From NCBI GenBank assembly GCA_021839245.1, contig JAKCBQ010000003.1, positions 13,970-77,969 of the forward strand: a DNA stretch of 64,000 nucleotides. The letters are read 5' to 3'. Every line of letters starts with the position of its first letter. Position 1 is the first letter of the stretch. The stretch is from Pseudomonadota bacterium (GTDB taxonomy: Bacteria > Pseudomonadota > Gammaproteobacteria > JAKAQQ01). Below the pieces are notes generated by a model. The model did not search any database and had not been told where the DNA came from. It saw only the letters and a list, made by a program, of their open reading frames with translations. The position numbers and the translations under genes are program-made. This document shows positions 10,292 through 20,300 of the stretch, piece after piece.

Positions 10292-13200
10292 GTGAGTTTC
10301 TCGACTCCTTTCATCAAACGCCCCGTCGGCACCACGCTTCTCGCCCTGGGGGTCCTCCTCGCAGGGATCATGGCCTACCCGCTTCTCCCGGTGGCGGCGG
10401 TGCCCAGCATTCCGATCCCCGGCATCGTGGTCTTCGCCTCTGAGCCGGGTGCGAGCCCGCAAGTGATGGCCAACACGGTCGCCGCACCTCTGGAACACAC
10501 CCTTGGACTGATTCCCGGGCTCGATCTCGTTCGATCCATCAGTTCGCTCGGCTCGACCAACATCATCCTTCTCTTCGGAACGAACACCAACATCAATGCG
10601 GACGCGCATGCGGTCCAGGCCGGCATCGACGCCGCGCTGCCCAACCTGCCGTCCGGGATGCCCAATCTCCCGTTTTACCGTGAGTTCAATCCGGCTTCCC
10701 GTCCGATTCTCACGATGTTCCTCTCGTCGCGCACGATGTCCCGACGCGAGATCTACGATTTCGCCGACACCGTGCTTCTGCAGAAACTCTCTCAGGTCAA
10801 GGGCGTCGCGGAGGTCAATCTCTACGGCGGGCAACTGCCGGCCGTGCGTATCCGGTTCTACCCCCACGCCCTGGCGTCCGCCGGTCTGGCCCCCACCGAT
10901 ATCTTCAATGCGGTCCGAACCTCCAACGTCCTGGGACCTCTGGGCACCCTCGAAGGTCCCAGGCGAGGATACATCCTGGGCCTCAACCAGCAGCTGGACC
11001 GGGCGTCGCAGTACCGGCGCATCCCGCTTGCCGCCGGCGGAGGGACTCTTCTCCGTCTCGGACAAGTGGCCTCCGTCGTCAACAGTGTCGCCAACACACA
11101 GCTCGCCGCCACCAACGGGCGTGAACCCGGGATCATGATCGCCGTCACCAAGACCCCTTCCGCGAACGTGATCCGCACGGTCCAGGGCATCAAACGACAA
11201 CTGCCAACCATCGAGCGGCTCATGCCGCCGGCGATCCATCTCAAGATCATGACCGACCGGACGACCACGATCCGCGCCAGCATCGCCGACATCGAGATCA
11301 CGCTGATCATCACCCTGTTTCTTGTGCTCCTGGTCGTCGCGATGTTCATGCGCCGCGGAGCTCCGACCCTGGCCGCGGCGGTGACCGTCCCGTTGGCAAT
11401 CGCCGGCACGTTGGCCGCCATGTGGGCGCTCGGCTATTCGCTCGACAACTTCTCGCTTCTCGCGCTCACGATCGCGATCACTTTCGTCATCGACGACGCC
11501 ATCGTCATGATCGAAAACATCGTCGGTCACCACGAACGCGGACTCCCCGTCATGGACGCCGCCCTGCAAGGGGCGCGGCAGATCGGTTTCACGGTGGCGT
11601 CGATCACGCTGTCTCTCATGGTGGTGTTTCTTCCCCTGGTCCTCATGGGAGGGATCGTCGGAGGGATCTTTCACGAGTTTGCGATGACGTTGATCCTCTC
11701 CATCGCCATCTCCGGCCTAGCCTCCCTCACGGTCACCCCGATGATCTGTGCGCATCTCATGAAGGATCAGGAACCCGCGCCAAGACCCGAAAGTGCCCTC
11801 GTCCGTCGCGTCGGTCAACTCTACCGGGCGATTCTCGACGGCTACAGCCGCACACTCGACTGGGCCCTCGATCACCAGCGAACCATGCTGGCTCTTTTTG
11901 TGCTGACGCTCGTCGCGACCGTCTTCCTCTACATCAAGGTTCCCAAGTCCTTTTTCCCTGAGGAGGACACGGGGCTTGTCATCGGGCAAACGTTGGCCGC
12001 CCCGAATGTTTCGTTCCAGCGCATGAAAAAGCTCCAGACACAGGTCGTGAACATTGTCCGCAAGGATCCGGCCGTGGCGACCGTCACCTCGAGCGTGGGG
12101 GTCACCAACGGATTCACCAGCGCCAACCGCGGCACGATGTTCATCGGCCTCAAGCCCGAACGTGCGCGTCGCGAGTCCGGAAAACTCGTCGTGCTCAACC
12201 TCGAGCACAAACTGGACAAAATCCCCGGCGTCCGCGTCTTTCTTTTTATCGCTCAGGATCTCTTTTTTGGCGGCCAGAGCTCCGCTGGCTCGTACAGTTT
12301 CTCCGTTCTCGATCCTTCCTACGCGTCTTTGAACCGCATCACGCAACGCATCGTGAAGCGGCTGAAAACGATGCATTCCATCTACAACGTTTCGACCAAT
12401 CTCGACCGCGCCGAGCGGGAGATCATGGTGCACATCGATCGCGCGGCGGCTGCTCGGCTTGGGGTGAGCGTCGCCGCCGTGGACGCCGCGCTCGGCGAAT
12501 CCTTCGGGCAGCGCCCCATCTCGATCATCCACAAGGCCCAAAACCAGTACCAAGTCATCCTGACGGTCGGCGCCAGCCGCGCCCGATCCCCCGCGGATCT
12601 GTCCAACGTCTATGTGGCGGGACGCTCGGGCCCCGTTCCTCTCCTCGAGGTGGCCCATCTGGAACATGGAACCGCACCGCTTCAGGTGATTCATTTCGAC
12701 GGGATTCCCGAAGGGACGGTCAGCTTCAACCTCAACCCCCACGTCCCACTCGGGACGGCCATCGCCCACGTGCGCAAGGCGATCGCCGGCTTGACCTTGC
12801 CGGCGGGGGTTCGCATCCGTTTCGGCGGCAACGCGAAGTACTTCCTGCGCTCCGTCGAGGACATTCCGCTTCTCATTTTGGCTTCTCTGATCGCGATTTA
12901 CATCGTTCTCGGCGTGCTGTACGAAAGCCTGAGCCAGCCGCTCACGATTCTCTCGACGCTCCCTTCGGCGGGTGTGGGCGCGCTCGTCGCCTTTTTCCTG
13001 ACCGGGACATCGATGTCCGTCATCGGTGTGATTGGCATCTTCCTCTTGATGGGGATCGTCAAGAAAAACGGCATCATGCTCGTGGACTTTGCGCTCGAGG
13101 CCGAGCGTCGCGACGCCCTCTCCCCCAAGGAAGCGATCCGGAAAGCCTGCCTCATCCGATTCCGTCCCATTCTCATGACGACACTCGCCGCCATCCTCGG

Positions 13201-13426
13201 CGCACTGCCGCTCGCGTTTGCGGTGGGGACGGGCTACCAGCTCCGCCGCCCGCTCGGCATTGCGGTCATCGGAGGCCTCCTGGTGAGCCAGGCGATGACG
13301 TTGTACACCACACCCGTCATTTATCTGGCCCTCACGGGATTCGGTAAACGCCGGGCACGGCGCATCGCCGATGTCATGGCGGACAAAAAAGTTCCCAACC
13401 ACCCGGTTCTCTCGGGTGCAAGTTGA
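10292..13426 (+). CDS. RND efflux permease, MdtC-like
   Basis: Second paralogous RND permease with FIKRPVGTTLL, VIDDAIVMIENI, GIVKKNGIM and RFRPILMTT, giving a heteromeric MdtBC-type arrangement. Confidence 0.93.
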   Translation: MSFSTPFIKRPVGTTLLALGVLLAGIMAYPLLPVAAVPSIPIPGIVVFASEPGASPQVMANTVAAPLEHTLGLIPGLDLVRSISSLGSTNIILLFGTNTNINADAHAVQAGIDAALPNLPSGMPNLPFYREFNPASRPILTMFLSSRTMSRREIYDFADTVLLQKLSQVKGVAEVNLYGGQLPAVRIRFYPHALASAGLAPTDIFNAVRTSNVLGPLGTLEGPRRGYILGLNQQLDRASQYRRIPLAAGGGTLLRLGQVASVVNSVANTQLAATNGREPGIMIAVTKTPSANVIRTVQGIKRQLPTIERLMPPAIHLKIMTDRTTTIRASIADIEITLIITLFLVLLVVAMFMRRGAPTLAAAVTVPLAIAGTLAAMWALGYSLDNFSLLALTIAITFVIDDAIVMIENIVGHHERGLPVMDAALQGARQIGFTVASITLSLMVVFLPLVLMGGIVGGIFHEFAMTLILSIAISGLASLTVTPMICAHLMKDQEPAPRPESALVRRVGQLYRAILDGYSRTLDWALDHQRTMLALFVLTLVATVFLYIKVPKSFFPEEDTGLVIGQTLAAPNVSFQRMKKLQTQVVNIVRKDPAVATVTSSVGVTNGFTSANRGTMFIGLKPERARRESGKLVVLNLEHKLDKIPGVRVFLFIAQDLFFGGQSSAGSYSFSVLDPSYASLNRITQRIVKRLKTMHSIYNVSTNLDRAEREIMVHIDRAAAARLGVSVAAVDAALGESFGQRPISIIHKAQNQYQVILTVGASRARSPADLSNVYVAGRSGPVPLLEVAHLEHGTAPLQVIHFDGIPEGTVSFNLNPHVPLGTAIAHVRKAIAGLTLPAGVRIRFGGNAKYFLRSVEDIPLLILASLIAIYIVLGVLYESLSQPLTILSTLPSAGVGALVAFFLTGTSMSVIGVIGIFLLMGIVKKNGIMLVDFALEAERRDALSPKEAIRKACLIRFRPILMTTLAAILGALPLAFAVGTGYQLRRPLGIAVIGGLLVSQAMTLYTTPVIYLALTGFGKRRARRIADVMADKKVPNHPVLSGAS

Positions 13427-14089
13427 CCCCCCCCTGGAACGTGAAAGCAACCTGGAAAACGGCCCCGAGCCTGATCCGTGCGGGCTTGATGGGCCCGGCA
13501 AGTCTCGTCTTGTCCCCTGGGCGTAAGCCCGGTAGGCGCCGACCACGGTTGCGGAGTCGGGTGGCCCACCGTGCGCGACTAGAGCTCGATCCACACGGAG
13601 CAGAACCCGCCGCGGGTGAATCCCATCGTCGGCTGATCCCGTTTAGTGCGCAAGGCTTCTCTCTACCCAAGACGATCATGCCTCAAGATACTCCGACAGG
13701 GATACCAGGACGCCTGCCGAGACGTGTTCAGGCGATGACCGAAGTCTACCTTCGTTAGCCTCATAGGAGGCGACGGAGATAGACCATAAACCGCTCGTAA
13801 CTCCTGAGGCCTTTGCTGGCGATCCACTCCTCCTTGAGCTGCTCCGAGCTACTCCAAGTCCGGTACCTGCAACAGACCGGTGGGCATAAAATGCTCGGCC
13901 GATCCGGCCTCCCCGAAACGTGGCCCGTGAGGGTCGGTGTGCGTTTTCAGCCAGGAAGACGTGAAAACATGACCGGTGAGTCCAGCCTCCCGCCGGAGCA
14001 GTCACCACCGGGTGCACTCTCCTCGGTTGAACTGGACCGGAACCACCAAGGGTAGGACAGGTCCGCGGTCCGAACGTGGACACTTGCGC

Positions 14090-14350
14090 CAGATCCCCAA
14101 GAACACGCTCGCGTTTGGGCCCCATTGAGACATGGGCGGAAAGCCCAAAATGCCCTCGATGGTCACGACGATATTGACCTGGGAGTGAGGGCTGTGTCGA
14201 GGTCTCCAGATTTGATCCAGGGACCCATGGCCAGCGCGAAGGTGCGGTGGGTGTTGATATGATCGGCCCCGGACTGGGCCTCATCTTTAGTTCAAGACAC
14301 CACCATCCGCTTCCACTCGGACGTGGCGGAAAGGTAATGGAGAAAGTACG
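14090..14350 (-). pseudogene. C-terminal fragment of a phosphoesterase/alkaline-phosphatase-family gene
   Basis: The minus strand reads FLHYLSATSEWKRMVVS*TKDEAQSGADHINTHRTFALAMGPWIKSG...QVNIVVTIEGILGFPPMSQW, resembling the EDDAQxGxDH-x3-HR motif; it has an internal stop, an indel and no N-terminus. Confidence 0.6.
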
Positions 14351-14381
14351 AACCCCCCGCCCGGCGCCCTCTCCGCCCCGC

Positions 14382-14768
14382 ACAAGGTGATGGCGATCTC
14401 GGCGAGCGCATGGCCCGCGCTGCCGCACGCACGCCCACGGCGATCCCGTGCTCCTGATAGGCACCGATTGACCGACACTCGACGTGTCGATCCTGCGCCG
14501 GATCGTCGAGGACATGAACCATGTGGAAGCCGCTCTTGTGCCCGCGCACAACAGCGGCTACGTGGCTCTCAGCCTCAGGCAATTCGATCCCTCACTCTTC
14601 ACCAACATCGCCTGGGAAAGCCCACCCGTCGCGTCGGTGCCCCGTGCACAGCTCGCCCGGTTTGGCTGGACGTTCCGGGAACTCCCCGCACTCACCGAGA
14701 TCGACGAGCCCCAAGACTCGGGGACTCTGCCCGCAGACTGGATCGGGAATAGCGACGCCCGGGAGTGA
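14382..14768 (+). pseudogene. C-terminal fragment of a DUF2064 (CofC-like) glycosyltransferase gene
   Basis: QGDGDLGERMARA (frameshift) VLLIGTD*PTL...LVPAHNSGYV...LFTNIAW...LTEIDEPQD matches the GDLGERM / IGTDCP / PAxDGGY / DIDxPED pattern; it has a stop and a frameshift. Confidence 0.7.
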
Positions 14769-14859
14769 CGCAATGATCCTGCGGCCACAACCTGCCACGA
14801 GGTCGATGCAAGACATTGCCCTGTGTAGACTCTCCCACGGATTCTCTCACCACGGCTCA

Positions 14860-15466
14860 TTAGGGGAACGACATTTCCAGTATGCCCTGACCAAAGGTTG
14901 TCACATAAAGATCGTTCTTCGTCCATAGCAGATCGGTAAACGCATCAGAAACGGCGTTTCCCTGAATACGGGTCCAATGCGCCCCGGCGTCGCTCGATAA
15001 GTACAACCCGTCCTCCGTTGACACGCCGACGATTCCCGGATCGTAGGGATCGAACTTGATGAAGGAGACCGGGTTCTCGACACCGTAGCTGACGGCCGGC
15101 AGGTTGAGATCCAAAGCGAAGCTCTGGCCTCCGTCCGTGCTTCTCCAGATTCCCATCTGGCAGCAGGACATTCCCAAGAGGACGATCGACGGATTCGTGG
15201 GGTCGACGGCGAGCGTGTCGGGAGCGCCGCAACATACGTAGTCGGAAATACTGGCTTGAGTCCAGGTCTGCCCGCCGTTTTGCGTCACATATAGGGCCGC
15301 CGGACTCTGATTGCCTACGAAAATGATGTTGCTGTTCGCCGGGTCCACCGCTACCATCCACGAATGCGGCATGGGCCAGGGTTCTTGCGTCCAGATGGCA
15401 CCATAATCCGTGCTGACAAAGACGCCGTTGGCTGCGGCGACGTACACTGTGGCTGGGTTGTTGGGA
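14860..15466 (-). pseudogene. 3' half of the BNR/Asp-box beta-propeller lipoprotein gene interrupted by the integrative element
   Basis: Asp-box repeats STDYGAIW, TQNGGQTW, STDGGQSF and SSDAGAHW; ends LYVTTFGQGI; joins in frame to 24208-25918. Confidence 0.88.
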
Positions 15467-15484
15467 CACTCCGTTTTCAAAAAT

Positions 15485-15552
15485 AGTTCCTTGATAATCA
15501 GTGCGATACAATACTCAAGCGCACGCTTTTTGTACCACAGTTTTGTACCGCT
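15485..15552. promoter_or_regulatory. Left att arm: two TTTTGTACC repeats plus an IHF-like site
   Basis: TTTTGTACCACAGTTTTGTACCG at ~15528-15550; CCTTGATA (TATCAAGGAACTA on the minus strand) approximates the IHF consensus WATCAAN4TTR. The same elements occur at the right end. Confidence 0.6.
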
Positions 15553-15930
15553 CTTCCACGGCACGAACCTCAGCTTAGTGCCTTTACGATAATGATTCAA
15601 CCTCGATACATGCGTCCACCAACTTTGCCACCCCTCCCCCGATCCATCAAAGTACATCCGAAGGGGGATGGCCGGCCTCAGACGATGACTCCTGGGCAGC
15701 GTAACCGGACGTCCAGCGGACCGTTCATCGCGTTCTCATAACTCGTCAATTATTCAGGAAATCGCGACAGTATTTTGAGCGGGGATTACGAGAATCTTAA
15801 CTACATGATTCTTATACAGGAAATTATCAGTATCCTACCCCTCTCAAAAAGGTTGGTTGGGAGAACGTCACAATGGCAGATGGGGTAAGCTGGATTTGCG
15901 GCGTTTGCGATGAGTATTATGTTTTAAGTG

Positions 15931-16814
15931 CTAGTGCGGATGTACGATAGTACCATCCTGTTTACGGGCTACCCATCCATTTGTTTCATTGGTGAAAATT
16001 AGGGCTTCTCCTTTCTCAACCGTCCAGCTTGGTGTTCTTCCTGACCAGATTATTTCGCCATTAGTAAAATTGGAAGAAAAATCTGTAACTTTTATTTTGA
16101 ATGAGTGCTCTTCATTTTCAATAATGCATATTTCACTAACATCTTGCAGTAGCAAACATTGTTTTTCTATATGAGGCTTTATAGCAATATTATCAGCCCG
16201 GCTAGGGTGAGCTACAGAAGGGTAGACAACAGCGCCAAATGGTTCTCCGTAATCTTCATTTGCAATCTTGATTTTCCCCGTAGTAAGTTTTTGTGCTATT
16301 GCCGATGTTATTTTATATTGCTCAGAAAACGTCTCATGAACTGGCCGGCTAAATATTGTCTCAAAAAATGTTTCTATTCTTGAGAAAACTGGATCTTGTT
16401 TCATCTCTTCTGGAGATTCTGGAGGTATTCTGAAAGCTAAGAAACGTTTTTCAGTAACCCATTTTGATTAGGTAAACTTTATCTCCACGATTAGCGCCAA
16501 TTTCTGAAAGTACAGCGCCGATATAGCACCCAGCATAGAACATCGGATCTCCAGGAGCGTTGCAGCGTTGATAACCAGTCACTTTTTCTGGAGGTGGGCT
16601 GCCAAGAAAGCAAACTTCTTTTGGTTTATTTTTGTAACTAATAGCTCGGTAAAAAGTAATTCCTTTTTCAATAAAAAATGCGCGCATTTGAACTCTATGT
16701 TATCAATTTTTCTATTTGATTAAATAGATAGTTATAGTCAGCAGATTTTAGGTTTGCTCTATTTAGATTTTTTATTATCATTTGTGCTTCAAGGCTGGTT
16801 AGTTTTTTTGCCAT
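15931..16814 (-). pseudogene. RES-domain protein, two frameshifts
   Basis: Three consecutive AT-rich ORF pieces in different frames carry FYRA, QRCNAPGDPMFY, AVLSE and VVYPSV...NIAI (the R, E and S motif positions). Confidence 0.72.
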
Positions 16815-16827
16815 TTTATACCTGTAA

Positions 16828-19584
16828 TTAAGATTTTCTTTTTTCTGTTCCCAGTGGGAGCTGGGTCTTAATAATTTGTTGGTACTTTTCAAACAGAAAT
16901 GCAACTCGGTCGGCATCGCCGACAAACGTCCTTCTTCCATAAGCTGCATCAACAGCCCGATCCATGGCCTGATGAGCTTGTACTAATGCTGGAGGCATGG
17001 CTAATGGATCATAGAGATCCGCTAATGATGATTCCAAGAATTGTGCCCGTGCATCCAATACTGATTGTGCGGCATCCTCTATGGCTATAAGCTGTCTTTC
17101 TGTTGGCGTCCCAGGCCATGGGAAGTTATTGTAGACAATACCTGCAGAATATTGATATCGACTTTCTAACCGTCCTGCAACAGCGCGCATCCAAGCCATG
17201 TGCATAGTCGATTGCAAGACACCAAAATGGAAAAGATTAGCTCCGGGCACGATGAGGCAGCTTCCGCTGGCAATCACCGTTGCTGCCATGAACCCTATAG
17301 GCATAATAGGACGATTTTCCGATGACACCTTAGCAATCAACAAATATCTGTTGTCAGGCTGGCGAATTTCGCCAAACAAGGCTGGTGTAGCCGCTAGCGA
17401 GACCGTCTCCTTGCGGCTACTAGCCTCCCTAAATGCTCGCACACGGCTAATGCGCTCCCGTAAAAACGGTGAATGGCGTAGGAGTTGTGGTGGGGCATCT
17501 GATAACCAAAGACACCATCGTTGCGTGTTATTGAGAAACTCCTCCCCTCCGACATATGGCCTGATGAAGGGACCGATTTGCGGTTCCGCAGCTATGGCCA
17601 CATTCCGCTCTTCCGTGCTTAAAATAAGATGGCCATCATCAATTGGCATACTGCCGTAGTTGATGTTCGGGGTGGAAGGAGCTAAGGGGCGACTACGTTT
17701 GGATAGGACTACATCTACAGCATCAACTAGGTAGGGATTGATGTTCCGAGCCTCCACTGGATGAGGTTCGCCATCGATCTTTTCGTAGTCGTAGATCACT
17801 CGCCGCGTCGGATCGCTGGGGCCAAAGCCGATGATGACGCAATGCACCGCCGCCTTGCCGCGCCCTTCGTTGCTCCATTTAAAGGTGCGATGGGCAAAGT
17901 GGATTTTCATGCCTCTAACCCACAGGTGCGGCCAGAGAACGCCAGGCTGCTCTCCCTGGGTTATGGAGTTTGTGGAGACGAAGGCGGCGCTCATGGATGT
18001 GCCCTGCATGAACTCCGCCGCCTTGCGGTACCACGCAGTCACATAGTCGAGGACACCAGCTCCCTTGACGCCGTGCATGACCGCCAAAAACTCTGCCTTC
18101 TGGGCTTTGCTTTGCTCTTTTTTACCCACAAAAGGTGGATTGCCGAGGATGTAACTCACCTGCTCACGGGGAACCACTGTGCCCCAGTCCAGCGTGAGGG
18201 CGTTGTCATTGACGATATGGGCGCTGGTAGTCAGGGGCAGGCGGGCGTAATACTGCCCGAACTCCTCGCTGACACGCTGATTCATCTGGTGATCAGTCAG
18301 CCAGAGAGCCACCTGTGCGATCTGGGCGGGAAACTCTTCGATCTCGATACCGAAGCACTGGTCCACGTTGACCTGGATGAGATGAAAAATATCCAGGGCG
18401 AGTTGTCCGTTATCGCGGAGCAGGCGCAGGATCTCCAGCTCCAACAGGCGCAACTCCCGATAGGCCACCACTAAGAAGTTTCCGCAGCCGCAGGCCGGAT
18501 CGAAGAGTTTCAGCTCACGCAGTTTGTGTTGCAGAGCTGTGAGTTTGTGGGCGTTACCTTTGGCAGCGGCGAACTCCCTATGCAGATCATCCAGGAACAA
18601 TGGCTTGATGAGTTTGAGAATGTTGGTTTCTGATGTGTAGTGAGCGCCCAGATTGCGGCGGGCGGCGGGGTCCATGATGCTCTGAAATAAACCACCGAAG
18701 ATGGCTGGGCTTATCCGGCCCCAGTCTAAGGCACAGGCATCCAGCAGCTCGATGCGCATGGCAGCATTAAAGGCTGGGATGGGAAGAATTTCGGCGAAAA
18801 GTCTGCCGTTTACATAGGGGAAGGCGGACAAGCGTTCGTCGATGCTCTTTTGACGAGCTTCGGGCTGTGTGTTGAGTATCTGGAAAAGCTCTGTGAGCTT
18901 CGGGCCAAGGTCACGACCATCTTCCTGAGTTTCTTGTTCCACCCATTCCCGAAATGCCTGGGCGGGCTGAAAAAGTCCTGTGTCATCAGCGAAGAGGCAG
19001 AACAGGAGGCGAACCAGCAAAACTTCCAGGGGGTGACCTGTGTAGCCAGAACCCTTGAGCCGATCATGGAGGCGGCCCATGCGCTCGGCGGCATGAATGT
19101 TGACCGGATCCTGTGGCCGAATGGCCTGACTCTGATAACCCGCGATGAAACCAAATAACCGAATGTGCTTGTGCAGGTCGGAGAGGAGAAATTCCCATTG
19201 CTGGTCTGTCTCTAGGTCAAAGAGACGCATCCTGGCGAAGTCGCTCACCAGGACGTAGCGCGGGAGGTCACGTTCTGGAATGCCTGGGAAGTAGTCGATA
19301 GCTTGGGCATATGCCCGGTTCAGATCTCTACCTCTTGACTTGTGCTCTACCAGAAGCATGCCTTTCCAGAATAGATCGATGAATCCTGTCGAGATGCGCC
19401 CACCGTCACTACGTTGTTTGACCGGAGCCTCGAAGCTCGCCAAACGCCGACGTGTGACGCCAAAGACATTGAAAAAGGCGTCCCAGAAGGTCTTGGCCTC
19501 GGCGTCCTCGCTGCGTTCTGTCGCCCAATCGCGGGAGAATGCCGTGGCGCGGTCGCGGATTTCGTTCCAGGAAATGGGAGGCAT
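16828..19584 (-). CDS. MmeI-family (Type IIL, YeeA-like) fused restriction endonuclease / adenine methyltransferase
   Basis: N-terminal IDLFWKGMLLVEHKS (PD-(D/E)xK), LGAHYTSE, motif I DPACGCGNFL, motif IV GNPPFVG and C-terminal YNNFPWP / LADLYDP / AVDAAYG. Confidence 0.93.
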   Translation of the reverse strand: MPPISWNEIRDRATAFSRDWATERSEDAEAKTFWDAFFNVFGVTRRRLASFEAPVKQRSDGGRISTGFIDLFWKGMLLVEHKSRGRDLNRAYAQAIDYFPGIPERDLPRYVLVSDFARMRLFDLETDQQWEFLLSDLHKHIRLFGFIAGYQSQAIRPQDPVNIHAAERMGRLHDRLKGSGYTGHPLEVLLVRLLFCLFADDTGLFQPAQAFREWVEQETQEDGRDLGPKLTELFQILNTQPEARQKSIDERLSAFPYVNGRLFAEILPIPAFNAAMRIELLDACALDWGRISPAIFGGLFQSIMDPAARRNLGAHYTSETNILKLIKPLFLDDLHREFAAAKGNAHKLTALQHKLRELKLFDPACGCGNFLVVAYRELRLLELEILRLLRDNGQLALDIFHLIQVNVDQCFGIEIEEFPAQIAQVALWLTDHQMNQRVSEEFGQYYARLPLTTSAHIVNDNALTLDWGTVVPREQVSYILGNPPFVGKKEQSKAQKAEFLAVMHGVKGAGVLDYVTAWYRKAAEFMQGTSMSAAFVSTNSITQGEQPGVLWPHLWVRGMKIHFAHRTFKWSNEGRGKAAVHCVIIGFGPSDPTRRVIYDYEKIDGEPHPVEARNINPYLVDAVDVVLSKRSRPLAPSTPNINYGSMPIDDGHLILSTEERNVAIAAEPQIGPFIRPYVGGEEFLNNTQRWCLWLSDAPPQLLRHSPFLRERISRVRAFREASSRKETVSLAATPALFGEIRQPDNRYLLIAKVSSENRPIMPIGFMAATVIASGSCLIVPGANLFHFGVLQSTMHMAWMRAVAGRLESRYQYSAGIVYNNFPWPGTPTERQLIAIEDAAQSVLDARAQFLESSLADLYDPLAMPPALVQAHQAMDRAVDAAYGRRTFVGDADRVAFLFEKYQQIIKTQLPLGTEKRKS

Positions 19585-20300
19585 TATACTGGAAACCCGT
19601 ACTTCATGGCGGGAATGGAGGTAATTTTGACCAACATTTTGTTTTACCCGAAAAATATCCTGTAGAAGCGAGGATATCACGAACCTCGGGAGTTATGAGT
19701 GAGATAGGCGCTTGAAGGTTGATCGATCTGCATTTTGATCCGTGTTTTCGCGGTATGGCAAGGTAGAACGCTTTGTTTCCGCAGCCATGTTCTGAGAGTA
19801 ACCCAGGTATGGGCTTCCTATCCGGCCCCAAAGCGTAAAGCCCATGGAAGTATTCATGGGCTTTGTTCAATCAATTAGACCTTTTGCATCATTCTGTCCC
19901 GTAGCGAGCCCTCAACACCGATTGTGGTTGTTTGTTTTTACTTCGTTTTTCATTAGGATGCAGCATGAGACAAAAACAATGAAACTTCCTCCTTCAGCCT
20001 GGGCACGCACAAGGGCTTGGGTAACCCATCCGCATGACCGCTCGCAGTCTCAAGCGCCATGCTCCAACTAGAGGATATCCGCTAGACTCCCCTGCCGGCA
20101 ACCACCTGAGGCGCACGGCGCCGAACTTGGCTGGCAGACCGATCCACTTTGTAAACCATGAACCCTTGCACAGGTCACTCATGATCCGTCGAGGTCACCT
20201 GCGAAGAGATCTATGCGCTGATCGCCACTGCTCAAGTTCACTGCTTCAGTATACGCAGTACCACGACCCAGCGGAAGCAGTGGGCATCTCAGGATAAGCT

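Noticed and set aside
9629..13594. Long antisense ORFs opposite the RND genes, and likewise opposite nuo, cyd and the transglutaminase gene
   Set aside because: Typical high-GC antisense shadows of well-supported genes.
15467..15657. Apparent N-terminus of the 265-aa ORF 14860-15657
   Set aside because: It is translated att-arm DNA of the element and probably open by chance; the true N-terminus lies at 24208-25918.
19604..20297. Small ORFs between the RM gene and the 275-aa ORF
   Set aside because: Short with no recognisable motifs; they may be remnants but cannot be supported.
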